6,506 nt of DNA. Source: Nitrospirota bacterium (GTDB lineage Bacteria > Nitrospirota > Thermodesulfovibrionia > Thermodesulfovibrionales > BMS3Bbin05). The stretch is from NCBI GenBank assembly GCA_020351835.1, contig CP070669.1, positions 1,569,393 to 1,575,898 on the forward strand. Reading direction: 5' to 3'. The notes beneath the pieces were generated by a model, which saw only the letters and a list, made by a program, of their open reading frames with translations, was not told the DNA's origin and did not search any database. A program made the position numbers and the translations under genes. Positions 1 through 6,506 of the stretch are shown here, piece by piece; position 1 is the stretch's first letter; each line of letters begins with the position of its first letter.

Positions 1-1
1 C

Positions 2-556
2 TCAGAACAGCAACCCTGCCCTTGCACCAATACGCCAGTTGTTGAAGTTTGTGGATGTGTCCTTATAACCCTCGGTGAGCTGCAATTTCATTTCGGCGCC
101 AAAGAAATACTGATCTCTTTTCAGATCGATCTCAGCAAAGAACTGGCCACCATAGAGCCAGTCGCTCTCATCAGAAGTGCCTGCAGAAATAGTGGCGTAA
201 TTATAAGAAAATCCTCCGCCCACGGCAGCTACAAGACCCTCCCCGGGCTGGACCGCATACTTAAGATTTATCTCTACGGGTATATACGATATATCTATTC
301 CGCTTCCTGAGGAGCTTGCATAACCAACCTCACCGCCAAAGTACAGGTCCGGCATCATCTCAGTAAAAGCCTCGACACCGGCGTAGATCCCTGTATCAAC
401 ATCCGAGCTCTCTAGAGAGCTATCAGAGAACTTAAGGTAGTCAAGTTTGACCGCGAAATGCCCTATCCCGAGTGGTTCGCGCCCCGCGGCAAAGACAGAG
501 CCGGATATGATGAACACAAAAATCAATACCAATAATGCTATGTGCACTTTCTTCAT
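2..556 (-). CDS. Small outer-membrane beta-barrel protein with signal peptide (about 184 aa)
   Basis: The track ORF spans 2..694, but the likely start is the internal ATG at 556 (MKKVHIALLVLIFVFIISGSVFAAG...). It is a typical Sec signal peptide preceded by a strong SD (AAGGAGGT, + strand 563-570 region). The mature part has alternating amphipathic strands (DLYFGGEVGYASS, SYIPVEINLKYAV, LVAAVGGGFSYNYA, QYFFGAEMKLQL, NWRIGARAGLLF) and ends in Phe. The stop codon is at 2-4. Confidence 0.75.
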   Translation of the reverse strand: MKKVHIALLVLIFVFIISGSVFAAGREPLGIGHFAVKLDYLKFSDSSLESSDVDTGIYAGVEAFTEMMPDLYFGGEVGYASSSGSGIDISYIPVEINLKYAVQPGEGLVAAVGGGFSYNYATISAGTSDESDWLYGGQFFAEIDLKRDQYFFGAEMKLQLTEGYKDTSTNFNNWRIGARAGLLF

Positions 557-620
557 ATTTACCTCCTTAATTGGGTTATATGATAATGGATCATTATAGG
601 CCTTTCCCCTCAATGATATG

Positions 621-649
621 ATTCTATCACTCAAAAAAATAATCGTCAA
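621..649 (-). promoter_or_regulatory. Putative sigma70-type promoter of the outer-membrane protein gene: TTGACG-N17-TAGAAT
   Basis: On the minus strand, -35 TTGACG (+ strand 644-649), a 17-nt spacer (627-643) and -10 TAGAAT (621-626) give 5/6 matches in each box. It lies about 65 nt upstream of the ATG at 556. Confidence 0.6.
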
Positions 650-700
650 CAAACGGCGAACGATAGCTATAAGGAACAAAAGGAAGAAATACATATATTG

Positions 701-734
701 AAAAAAGAAGCGGAGGAGAAGGTCCTCCTCCGCT
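701..734 (-). terminator. Rho-independent terminator downstream of the hsp20 gene
   Basis: The minus strand reads AGCGGAGGAG-GACCTT-CTCCTCCGCT-TCTTTTTT. This is a perfect 10-bp GC-rich stem (arms at + 709-718 and 725-734) with a 6-nt loop and a following T-tract, starting a few nt after the hsp20 stop codon at 741-743. Confidence 0.9.
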
Positions 735-740
735 ATTATG

Positions 741-1205
741 TTAAGAAATGTCTACTTTTATCTCTTTTGGTTTTGATTCTTTCGTTCTCGGGAATACTAT
801 TTCGAGAACACCGTTCTTCATTGAGGCCTTGGCCTTTCCTCCGTCCACTTCAGCAGGTACTGTTATGGTCCTGGAGAACTTGCCATAAGAGATCTCCGAG
901 AGGTAATAGTCATCCTCCTTGATCTCCTCGCTTTTCCTGACCTCGCCCTTGATAGTAAGAGTGTCATCCGTTATTGACAGCTCAACATCCTCTTTTTCGA
1001 TCCCCGGAAGCTCCGCCCTTACTATAAGCTTATCCTTCTTGTTGATCAGCTCGAGGTTGGGTACTATCCCGGTCTCTCCGTCGTTCTTCGGCCATCCGAG
1101 AAGCTCCCTGCTCTGGATAGGTTCCATAAGGTCACCCATAAGCCTCTGCATATCCCTTCTGATACTGCTAAGCTCCCTAAATGGTGTCCATCTAACTACT
1201 GCCAT
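741..1205 (-). CDS. hsp20: Hsp20/alpha-crystallin family small heat-shock protein
   Basis: 154-aa ORF with an alpha-crystallin domain: VRAELPGIEKEDVELSITDDTLTIKGEVRK ... ASMKNGVLEIVFPR (A-x-x-x-N-G-V-L motif) and a C-terminal IKV (I-x-V type) motif. SD AGGAGGT is just upstream of the ATG. Confidence 0.95.
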   Translation of the reverse strand: MAVVRWTPFRELSSIRRDMQRLMGDLMEPIQSRELLGWPKNDGETGIVPNLELINKKDKLIVRAELPGIEKEDVELSITDDTLTIKGEVRKSEEIKEDDYYLSEISYGKFSRTITVPAEVDGGKAKASMKNGVLEIVFPRTKESKPKEIKVDIS

Positions 1206-1234
1206 TGTACACCTCCTGTTAAGTTGTTATGTTC

Positions 1235-1247
1235 GAGCCTAAGGCTC
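1235..1247. repeat. Small inverted repeat in the clpB-hsp20 intergenic gap
   Basis: GAGCCT-A-AGGCTC is perfect over 13 nt and would form about a 5-bp GC-rich stem with a 3-nt loop. It starts just after the clpB stop codon. Confidence 0.5.
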
Positions 1248-1248
1248 A

Positions 1249-3897
1249 TCAGTTACGGGCAAATTCTCCTGCCCTGTCCATCTTACTAAAGACCATCACT
1301 CCATCCCTGTGGTCCACCTCTACGACATCGCCATCACCGAACCTGCCGGCAAGTATTTCCTTTGCAAGTGCGTTCAGGATCTCCTTTTGTATCGCCCTTT
1401 TAAGAGGTCTTGCCCCGAACACCGGATCATATCCGACCTCCGCAAGGTGCACCTTCGCCCTGTCCGTCAGAACTACATCGACCTTTTTATCCTTAAGATA
1501 CGTCTTCATCCTGTCGACCTGAATATCCACGATCTTCTTCAGCATCTCAACAGTAAGAGGATTGAACACGATAGTTTCATCTATCCTGTTCAGGAACTCC
1601 GGCCTGAAGAACTGCTTAAGGTCCTCCATTATCTTGCTCCTGAGCTCTACGTTATTAGAATCCCAATGCTCCTCTGTTAATGTACCGGCGCCTTCAAGCA
1701 ACTGCTGAATATGAACACTTCCAATGTTCGAGGTCATTATTACCACGGTGTTCCTGAAATCCACCGTCCGGCCGTGACCGTCCGTAAGCCTGCCGTCGTC
1801 AAGTAGTTGTAACAGCACATTGAAGACCTCAGGATGTGCCTTTTCTATCTCATCAAAGAGTATTACCGAGTAAGGCCTTCTTCTAACGGCTTCCGTTAAC
1901 TGACCTCCCTCATCATAGCCGACATATCCGGGCGGTGCCCCTATCATTCTTGAGACCGTATGCCTTTCCTGGTATTCCGACATATCTATCCTCTTCATCG
2001 CGTTATCGTCATCGAACATGAACTCCGCAAGTGCGCGAGCGAGCTCCGTCTTTCCTACTCCCGTAGGTCCAAGAAAAATGAACGAGCCTATCGGCCTGTT
2101 AGGGTCCTGTATCCCGGCACGAGCTCTTCTCACTGCGTCTGAGACAGCCTCGATAGCGTCATCCTGGCCTACAACCCTGAGCCTCAGTCTTTCCTCCATC
2201 TTCAGAAGCTTGGCCTTCTCTCCCTCGAGCATCTTGCTCACGGGTACTCCGCTCCACTTCGAGATGATCTCCGCGATATCCTCTTCATCGACCTCTTCCT
2301 TGAGCATCTTTCTCTGAGATTGCCTTTCGATAAGCTTGGAGTTCTCATTCTCGAGCTCCTTTTCGAGCTGGAGCAGTTTTCCATACTTCAACTCAGCCGC
2401 CTTTGTCAGGTCTCCCTCTCTCTCCGCCTTGCTTGCATCTATCTTTGTTTCCTCTATCTGCTCCTTTATATCCCTTATGTTCTGGATTATCTCCTTTTCA
2501 CTCATCCATTGCGCCCTTAGCCCGCCCCGCTTCTCCTCGAGATCGGCTATCTCCTGACCGAGCTTGTTAAGCTTCTCTTTTGCATCTGAAGTGTTCTCCT
2601 TCATAACCGCCTGTCTTTCTATCTCCAACTGCCTTATTCTTCTTTCTATCTCGTCAAGCTCGGTCGGCATGCTGTCGATCTCCATCCTTAGCTTGGAGGC
2701 CGCCTCATCTATCAGGTCTATAGCCTTGTCAGGAAGGTGCCTTTCCGTAAGGTACCTGTTAGACAGGACCGATGCAGCTATCAGGGCCGAATCCTTTATC
2801 TTTACGCCGTGATGTACCTCATACTTCTCTTTTAACCCTCTCAGTATCGATATAGAATCCTCGACGCTCGGTTCATTTATATATACAGGCTGAAACCTGC
2901 GCTCAAGGGCGGCATCCTTTTCAATATGTTTCCTGTACTCATCAAGGGTGGTCGCTCCTACACATCTAAGCTCACCGCGGGCAAGTGCCGGCTTCAGCAT
3001 GTTGGAGGCATCGACCGCTCCTTCAGCAGCTCCCGCCCCGACAAGTGTATGCATCTCGTCGATGAACATTATCACCCTTCCTTCAGCCTGTTCTACCTCT
3101 TTCAGCACCGCTTTAAGTCTTTCTTCGAACTCTCCCCTGTATTTCGATCCAGCAATAAGAGCACCTATATCAAGTGCAACTACTTTCTTGTTCTTGATGG
3201 TCTCCGGCACATCACCCTCGGCTATCCTCTGGGCAAGTCCCTCAGCAATAGCCGTCTTTCCCACCCCGGGATCACCTATCAGGACGGGATTGTTCTTAGT
3301 CCTTCTGGATAGGACCTGCATCACCCTTCTTATCTCATCGTCCCTTCCGATAACTGGATCTAACTTATGTTTTGACGCAAGGTCCGTAAGGTCTTTGGCA
3401 TAGCGCTTGAGTGCCTGGTACTTATCTTCGGGGTTTGGGTCGGTCACTCTCTGCGAACCCCTTACCGTTTGCATCGCTCCAAGAAATGAGTCCTTTGCAA
3501 CGTTATAGCGCTTCAAAAGGTCGGACGCCTTTCCACCGACAACTATCAAACCAAGGATTATGTGCTCTACCGATATATATTCATCGTTCAGGTGGCCGGC
3601 CTCCTTCATGGCAATATCAAACACTTCCTTAACTTTTGCCGAAACGTATATCTGTCCCATAGGCGTAGCACCCGAGACCTTAGGCAATCTTTCAAGCTCG
3701 ACATCTACATCCTTCTTCATGAGTTTCGGGTCCACTCCCAGCGACTGTATGATCTGATATACGACCGACTCGTCGTCCACAAGTAACGCTGACAGCAAGT
3801 GCTCGGGCTGTACCTCCTGATTGCCCAGACGCTCGGCTATGCTCTGCGCTTCCTGTAACGCTTCCTGGCTCTTTATGGTCAATTTATCCAGTCTCAT
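1249..3897 (-). CDS. clpB: ATP-dependent disaggregase ClpB (Hsp100)
   Basis: 882-aa complete ORF with a Clp N-domain ([39 protein letters not shown]) and two AAA+ modules with Walker A GDPGVGKT and GPTGVGKT. It has a long coiled-coil middle domain ([31 protein letters not shown]...) and the C-terminal [11 protein letters not shown] motif. An SD (GGAGG) precedes the ATG. Confidence 0.97.
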   Translation of the reverse strand: MRLDKLTIKSQEALQEAQSIAERLGNQEVQPEHLLSALLVDDESVVYQIIQSLGVDPKLMKKDVDVELERLPKVSGATPMGQIYVSAKVKEVFDIAMKEAGHLNDEYISVEHIILGLIVVGGKASDLLKRYNVAKDSFLGAMQTVRGSQRVTDPNPEDKYQALKRYAKDLTDLASKHKLDPVIGRDDEIRRVMQVLSRRTKNNPVLIGDPGVGKTAIAEGLAQRIAEGDVPETIKNKKVVALDIGALIAGSKYRGEFEERLKAVLKEVEQAEGRVIMFIDEMHTLVGAGAAEGAVDASNMLKPALARGELRCVGATTLDEYRKHIEKDAALERRFQPVYINEPSVEDSISILRGLKEKYEVHHGVKIKDSALIAASVLSNRYLTERHLPDKAIDLIDEAASKLRMEIDSMPTELDEIERRIRQLEIERQAVMKENTSDAKEKLNKLGQEIADLEEKRGGLRAQWMSEKEIIQNIRDIKEQIEETKIDASKAEREGDLTKAAELKYGKLLQLEKELENENSKLIERQSQRKMLKEEVDEEDIAEIISKWSGVPVSKMLEGEKAKLLKMEERLRLRVVGQDDAIEAVSDAVRRARAGIQDPNRPIGSFIFLGPTGVGKTELARALAEFMFDDDNAMKRIDMSEYQERHTVSRMIGAPPGYVGYDEGGQLTEAVRRRPYSVILFDEIEKAHPEVFNVLLQLLDDGRLTDGHGRTVDFRNTVVIMTSNIGSVHIQQLLEGAGTLTEEHWDSNNVELRSKIMEDLKQFFRPEFLNRIDETIVFNPLTVEMLKKIVDIQVDRMKTYLKDKKVDVVLTDRAKVHLAEVGYDPVFGARPLKRAIQKEILNALAKEILAGRFGDGDVVEVDHRDGVMVFSKMDRAGEFARN

Positions 3898-3939
3898 CTT
3901 CCTGCCTCCTGAACATCTTAATTAGTCCTCTCTCCCCTC

Positions 3940-4284
3940 TTATCCACCAAATATATCTCTAAGTCTTCTTCTGAAGTCATCCTGCATTTCGTCATCCAGC
4001 TCTTTCATCATATCCTCCATCTCTTTCTGAAGGCTTTCCATCCTCTTTTTCATTCTGAGTATTATCTCTACACCCGCCTTGTTAACACCCATCTCCCTCG
4101 TAAGCTGGAGGATGAGATCTATCTTCTCGATATCATTCTCAGAATATTGCCTCTGTCTGTTACGTCTTTTAGGGCAAACAAGCCCTTCTCTTTCGTAAAG
4201 TCTCAATGTCTGTGGATGAACCCCGAGCATCCTCGATACAACACTGATAACATACAGGGGCTCGCTTTTATCTCTTTCGTTCAT
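3940..4284 (-). CDS. hspR: MerR-family heat-shock transcriptional repressor, HspR type
   Basis: 114-aa ORF with a MerR HTH: YVISVVSRMLGVHPQTLRLYEREGLVCPKRRNRQRQYSENDIEKIDLILQLTREMGVNKAGVEIILRMKKRMESLQKEM. The HPQTLRxYEREGL and MGVNxAGVE segments are characteristic of HspR. Its position between dnaJ and clpB is supportive. Confidence 0.9.
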   Translation of the reverse strand: MNERDKSEPLYVISVVSRMLGVHPQTLRLYEREGLVCPKRRNRQRQYSENDIEKIDLILQLTREMGVNKAGVEIILRMKKRMESLQKEMEDMMKELDDEMQDDFRRRLRDIFGG

Positions 4285-4286
4285 CC

Positions 4287-5372
4287 TTATACCATTCCCT
4301 TACGCGGGTCTTCCGAGTAATATTTATCGAGCTCCTCGATGAGCTCTTCCGCCTTTTTATCCAGTTTATCAGGCACAGAGATATAGACCTCTGCATACTG
4401 GTCACCTCTGTTGCCTGTCCTCGGGGAAGGCATTCCCTTTCCTTTAAGCCTGAACCTCTTCCCGCCGGACGTCCCGGACGGTATCGTCATGAACGACCCC
4501 CCCTCTATTGTTGGCACCTTTATCTTCGAACCAAGCGATGCCTCCTTTATCGTAATAGGTACCTTTATATGTATGTCATCTCCGTCCCTCCTGAACAGCT
4601 TGTGCGGCTGTACCGAGATCCTGAAATAAAGATCTCCGGGCGGTCCACCGCCTTGTCCGGGACCTCCCTTGCCCCTTACCTTCACCCTGGATCCTGTATC
4701 AACACCTGCAGGGATCTTTACCTTTATCGTCTCTGTCCTGTTCACCGTCCCTCTGCCGGAGCATTTGTTGCATAGTTGGGTTATCTTCTTTCCGGACCCG
4801 CCGCACTGACCGCAGGCCTGGGTCATACTGAAAAAACCCTTCGTCGACTGTACACTGCCAGAGCCGCCGCAGCCGCTGCAGGTGTCCATCTTCTCAGCTC
4901 CGCTTCCGTTACATGTAGTACAGCTTATATCCCTGTTCATAGACACTGAACGCGTAATACCTGAGAAGGCCTCGTTCAGATTAAGGCTCATCGCCGCCTC
5001 GGCATCGGCTCCGCGTAACCTCAGTGTCCCTGTCCCTCTTCCGTCACTGAAACCGAACAGGTCCGAGAATATATCTCCGAACATTCCGGTCCCCTGGCCT
5101 CCTCGTCCGAAACCGGTAAAACCTTCAAAGTCGAATCCTCCCGGCCCGAACGGGGATCTGCCGCCCTCGTCATACTCCTTCCTTTTCTTTTCATCACCAA
5201 GTACCGCGTATGCTTCACTGATCTCCTTGAACTTCTTTTCTGCCTCAGCATCGCCGGGATTGAGGTCAGGGTGATACTGACGCGCAAGCTTCCTGTACAC
5301 CTTCTTGATCTCTTCCTTAGATGAATCCTTTTTTACGCCAAGTATCTCGTAATAGTCCTTAACGGTCGTCAT
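4287..5372 (-). CDS. dnaJ: Molecular chaperone DnaJ (type I Hsp40)
   Basis: 361-aa ORF with a J-domain ([39 protein letters not shown] present) and a Gly/Phe-rich linker. It has four CxxCxGxG zinc-binding motifs ([32 protein letters not shown]) and a C-terminal substrate-binding domain. Confidence 0.95.
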   Translation of the reverse strand: MTTVKDYYEILGVKKDSSKEEIKKVYRKLARQYHPDLNPGDAEAEKKFKEISEAYAVLGDEKKRKEYDEGGRSPFGPGGFDFEGFTGFGRGGQGTGMFGDIFSDLFGFSDGRGTGTLRLRGADAEAAMSLNLNEAFSGITRSVSMNRDISCTTCNGSGAEKMDTCSGCGGSGSVQSTKGFFSMTQACGQCGGSGKKITQLCNKCSGRGTVNRTETIKVKIPAGVDTGSRVKVRGKGGPGQGGGPPGDLYFRISVQPHKLFRRDGDDIHIKVPITIKEASLGSKIKVPTIEGGSFMTIPSGTSGGKRFRLKGKGMPSPRTGNRGDQYAEVYISVPDKLDKKAEELIEELDKYYSEDPRKGMV

Positions 5373-5398
5373 TTTCCTCTTCTCCAGTCATGATTCAT

Positions 5399-5427
5399 AT
5401 TATACAAGTTGATAAGAGTCATGTCAA
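5399..5427 (-). promoter_or_regulatory. Consensus sigma70-type promoter for dnaJ-hspR-clpB-hsp20: TTGACA-N17-TATAAT
   Basis: On the minus strand, TTGACA (+ 5422-5427), a 17-nt spacer TGACTCTTATCAACTTG (5405-5421) and TATAAT (5399-5404) match the consensus in both boxes at optimal spacing. It is 26 nt upstream of the dnaJ ATG. Confidence 0.85.
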
Positions 5428-5428
5428 G
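5408..5428 (-). promoter_or_regulatory. Putative degenerate HAIR-like operator (HspR-binding) overlapping the -35 and spacer
   Basis: The minus strand CTTGACA-TGACTCT-TATCAAC is an imperfect inverted repeat (TTGACA/TTGATA arms) with 7-nt spacing. It resembles the known HAIR consensus CTTGAGT-N7-ACTCAAG (9/14 positions match). A cognate hspR is in the same operon. Confidence 0.45.
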
Positions 5429-5445
5429 TATTTTCAAACGATATA

Positions 5446-5470
5446 TATAATATATTGACTATATATTATA
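5446..5470. repeat. Perfect AT-only inverted repeat upstream of the DUF362 gene
   Basis: TATAATATAT-TGACT-ATATATTATA has 10-bp perfectly complementary arms flanking a 5-nt centre. It spans a possible plus-strand -35 hexamer, TTGACT (5455-5460). Confidence 0.7.
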
Positions 5471-5476
5471 GTATTT

Positions 5477-6506
5477 ATGTTAATATGTAAAGTGCCGAAA
5501 GTTATTGTAAGGAAAGAAGAATATGACAGTCCTACACTGCCCGTAACTGTATCAGGGATGCTCGAAGACCTGCTGTCAGCTTACGCACTGAAGGGGATGA
5601 ATATTCTCGTAAAGCCCAACCTCTTGATGGCCGCCCCTCCCGAAAAGGCTATCACTACACACCCCCTGCTGATAAGGAATGTATCATCATGGCTTCTGGA
5701 TCAGGGGGCGAACGTTACGATAGCTGACAGCCCGGGACGCGACAGTTTCAACAGGATCATTGACGTGTGCGGTATCCGAAGGTCCCTTGCCGGCCTCAGT
5801 GTAAAAATAGAAGAGTTCATGGACAAAACAACCGTGAAAACCGATCTTAATTTCAAAAACCTCGAACTGGCATCAAGTGCTGTCGATGCCGATCTGATTG
5901 TTAACCTGCCAAAATTAAAGACCCATTCACAGATGCTGCTTACCCTTTGTGTTAAAAACCTGTTCGGCTGCGTTGTCGGAATGCAGAAACCTCAATGGCA
6001 TTTCAGGACAGGCGCAGATCTTGATATGTTCGCTAAATTGCTAATACAAATATATTTGAACTTAAAACCATCCGTTACAATACTTGACGGCATTCTTGCC
6101 ATGGAGGGACAGGGGCCCGGTACACGTGGTACCCCAAGACATCTCGGGATCATAATGGGATCGGAGGATGCGATTGCACTGGATCACCTTGTAGCTCAGA
6201 TGCTTAAGATCGATCCTCTGACCGTTCCTGTATTGAAGGCAGCGAATGACCTGGGAATTCTAAAGGAGGCTGATGCTGACGGCTCCCTCCCTGAAGTAGT
6301 CGGCTTTAGACTGCCCGGAACGAAGGACCTTCGTTTTGGCCCTCGATATCTTCACAGGTTCTTTAGAAAGCACATAACTCGCAGGCCCCTTGAGGAAAGA
6401 GACAAGTGTCTGATGTGCCTGGAGTGTGCAAGCCACTGTCCGGTCACCGCCATAGAGGAAAAAAGGGGACGCCTTCACTTCGATTACGATAAGTGTATAA
6501 GGTGTT
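5477..6506 (+). CDS. DUF362 domain protein with C-terminal 4Fe-4S ferredoxin-type domain (partial, continues beyond the window)
   Basis: Manual translation from ATG 5477 is open for 343 codons to the window edge: MLICKVPKVIVRKEEYDSPTLPVTVSGMLEDLLSAYALKGMNILVKPNLLMAAPPEKAITTHPLLIRNVSSWLLDQGANVTIADSPG...DLIVNLPKLKTHSQMLLTLCVKNLFGCVVG...DKCLMCLECASHCPVTAIEEKRGRLHFDYDKCIRC. It carries the DUF362 signatures (KPNLL, ADSPG, LPKLKTHxQ...VKNLFG) and CxxCxxCxxxCP. The upstream in-frame stop is TGA 5456-5458; the start could instead be GTG 5492. Confidence 0.85.
   Translation, partial: MLICKVPKVIVRKEEYDSPTLPVTVSGMLEDLLSAYALKGMNILVKPNLLMAAPPEKAITTHPLLIRNVSSWLLDQGANVTIADSPGRDSFNRIIDVCGIRRSLAGLSVKIEEFMDKTTVKTDLNFKNLELASSAVDADLIVNLPKLKTHSQMLLTLCVKNLFGCVVGMQKPQWHFRTGADLDMFAKLLIQIYLNLKPSVTILDGILAMEGQGPGTRGTPRHLGIIMGSEDAIALDHLVAQMLKIDPLTVPVLKAANDLGILKEADADGSLPEVVGFRLPGTKDLRFGPRYLHRFFRKHITRRPLEERDKCLMCLECASHCPVTAIEEKRGRLHFDYDKCIRC

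Noticed and set aside
698-922. Plus-strand 74-aa ORF MKKEAEEKVLLRYYVKKCLLLSLLVLIL...
   Set aside because: The membrane-like start is tempting, but its 5' end runs through the terminator stem and the rest is antisense to hsp20. No SD or promoter evidence was found.
919-3786. Multiple plus-strand ORFs antisense to hsp20 and clpB (for example 919..1242, 1229..1522, 2018..2317, 2926..3312, 2948..3403)
   Set aside because: They are low-complexity, Ser/Leu-rich shadow translations of strongly conserved minus-strand genes, with no independent domain or promoter evidence.
4411-5287. ORFs overlapping dnaJ (plus 4411..4629, 4569..4775, 4882..5274; minus 5021..5287 in another frame)
   Set aside because: They overlap the unambiguous DnaJ frame and are composition-driven, with no recognisable family.
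5373-5476. CIRCE element (TTAGCACTC-N9-GAGTGCTAA) for HrcA control
   Set aside because: No such sequence or close variant was seen in the dnaJ upstream region; the only operator-like structure there resembles HAIR.
6260-6478. Minus-strand 72-aa ORF
   Set aside because: It lies entirely antisense to the well-supported DUF362/ferredoxin coding frame, shows no recognisable domain, and is most likely a shadow ORF.
1-6506. CRISPR array, transposon, phage, toxin-antitoxin or novel defence system
   Set aside because: No regularly spaced repeats, transposase, integrase or defence-type domains were found. The genes are recognisable housekeeping or stress families plus one DUF362 protein.

Overview
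The window looks like a bacterial chromosomal region centred on a protein quality-control operon on the minus strand: dnaJ (5372->4287), a MerR-family HspR-type regulator (4284->3940), clpB (3897->1249) and an Hsp20 small heat-shock protein (1205->741). The operon is bounded upstream by an exact-consensus sigma70-type promoter (TTGACA-N17-TATAAT) overlapping a degenerate HAIR-like inverted repeat. Downstream it ends at an intrinsic terminator with a perfect 10-bp stem. Further downstream on the same strand is a small secreted outer-membrane beta-barrel protein with its own near-consensus promoter. Divergent from dnaJ, on the plus strand and running off the window edge, is a DUF362 protein with a C-terminal 4Fe-4S ferredoxin-like domain that is missing from the supplied ORF track. 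The divergent intergenic region also holds a perfect 10-bp AT-only inverted repeat with a 5-nt centre. I see no CRISPR array, mobile element, RNA gene or clear evidence of a new biological system. The most interesting points are regulatory: the putative autoregulated HspR circuit and the divergent promoter region.
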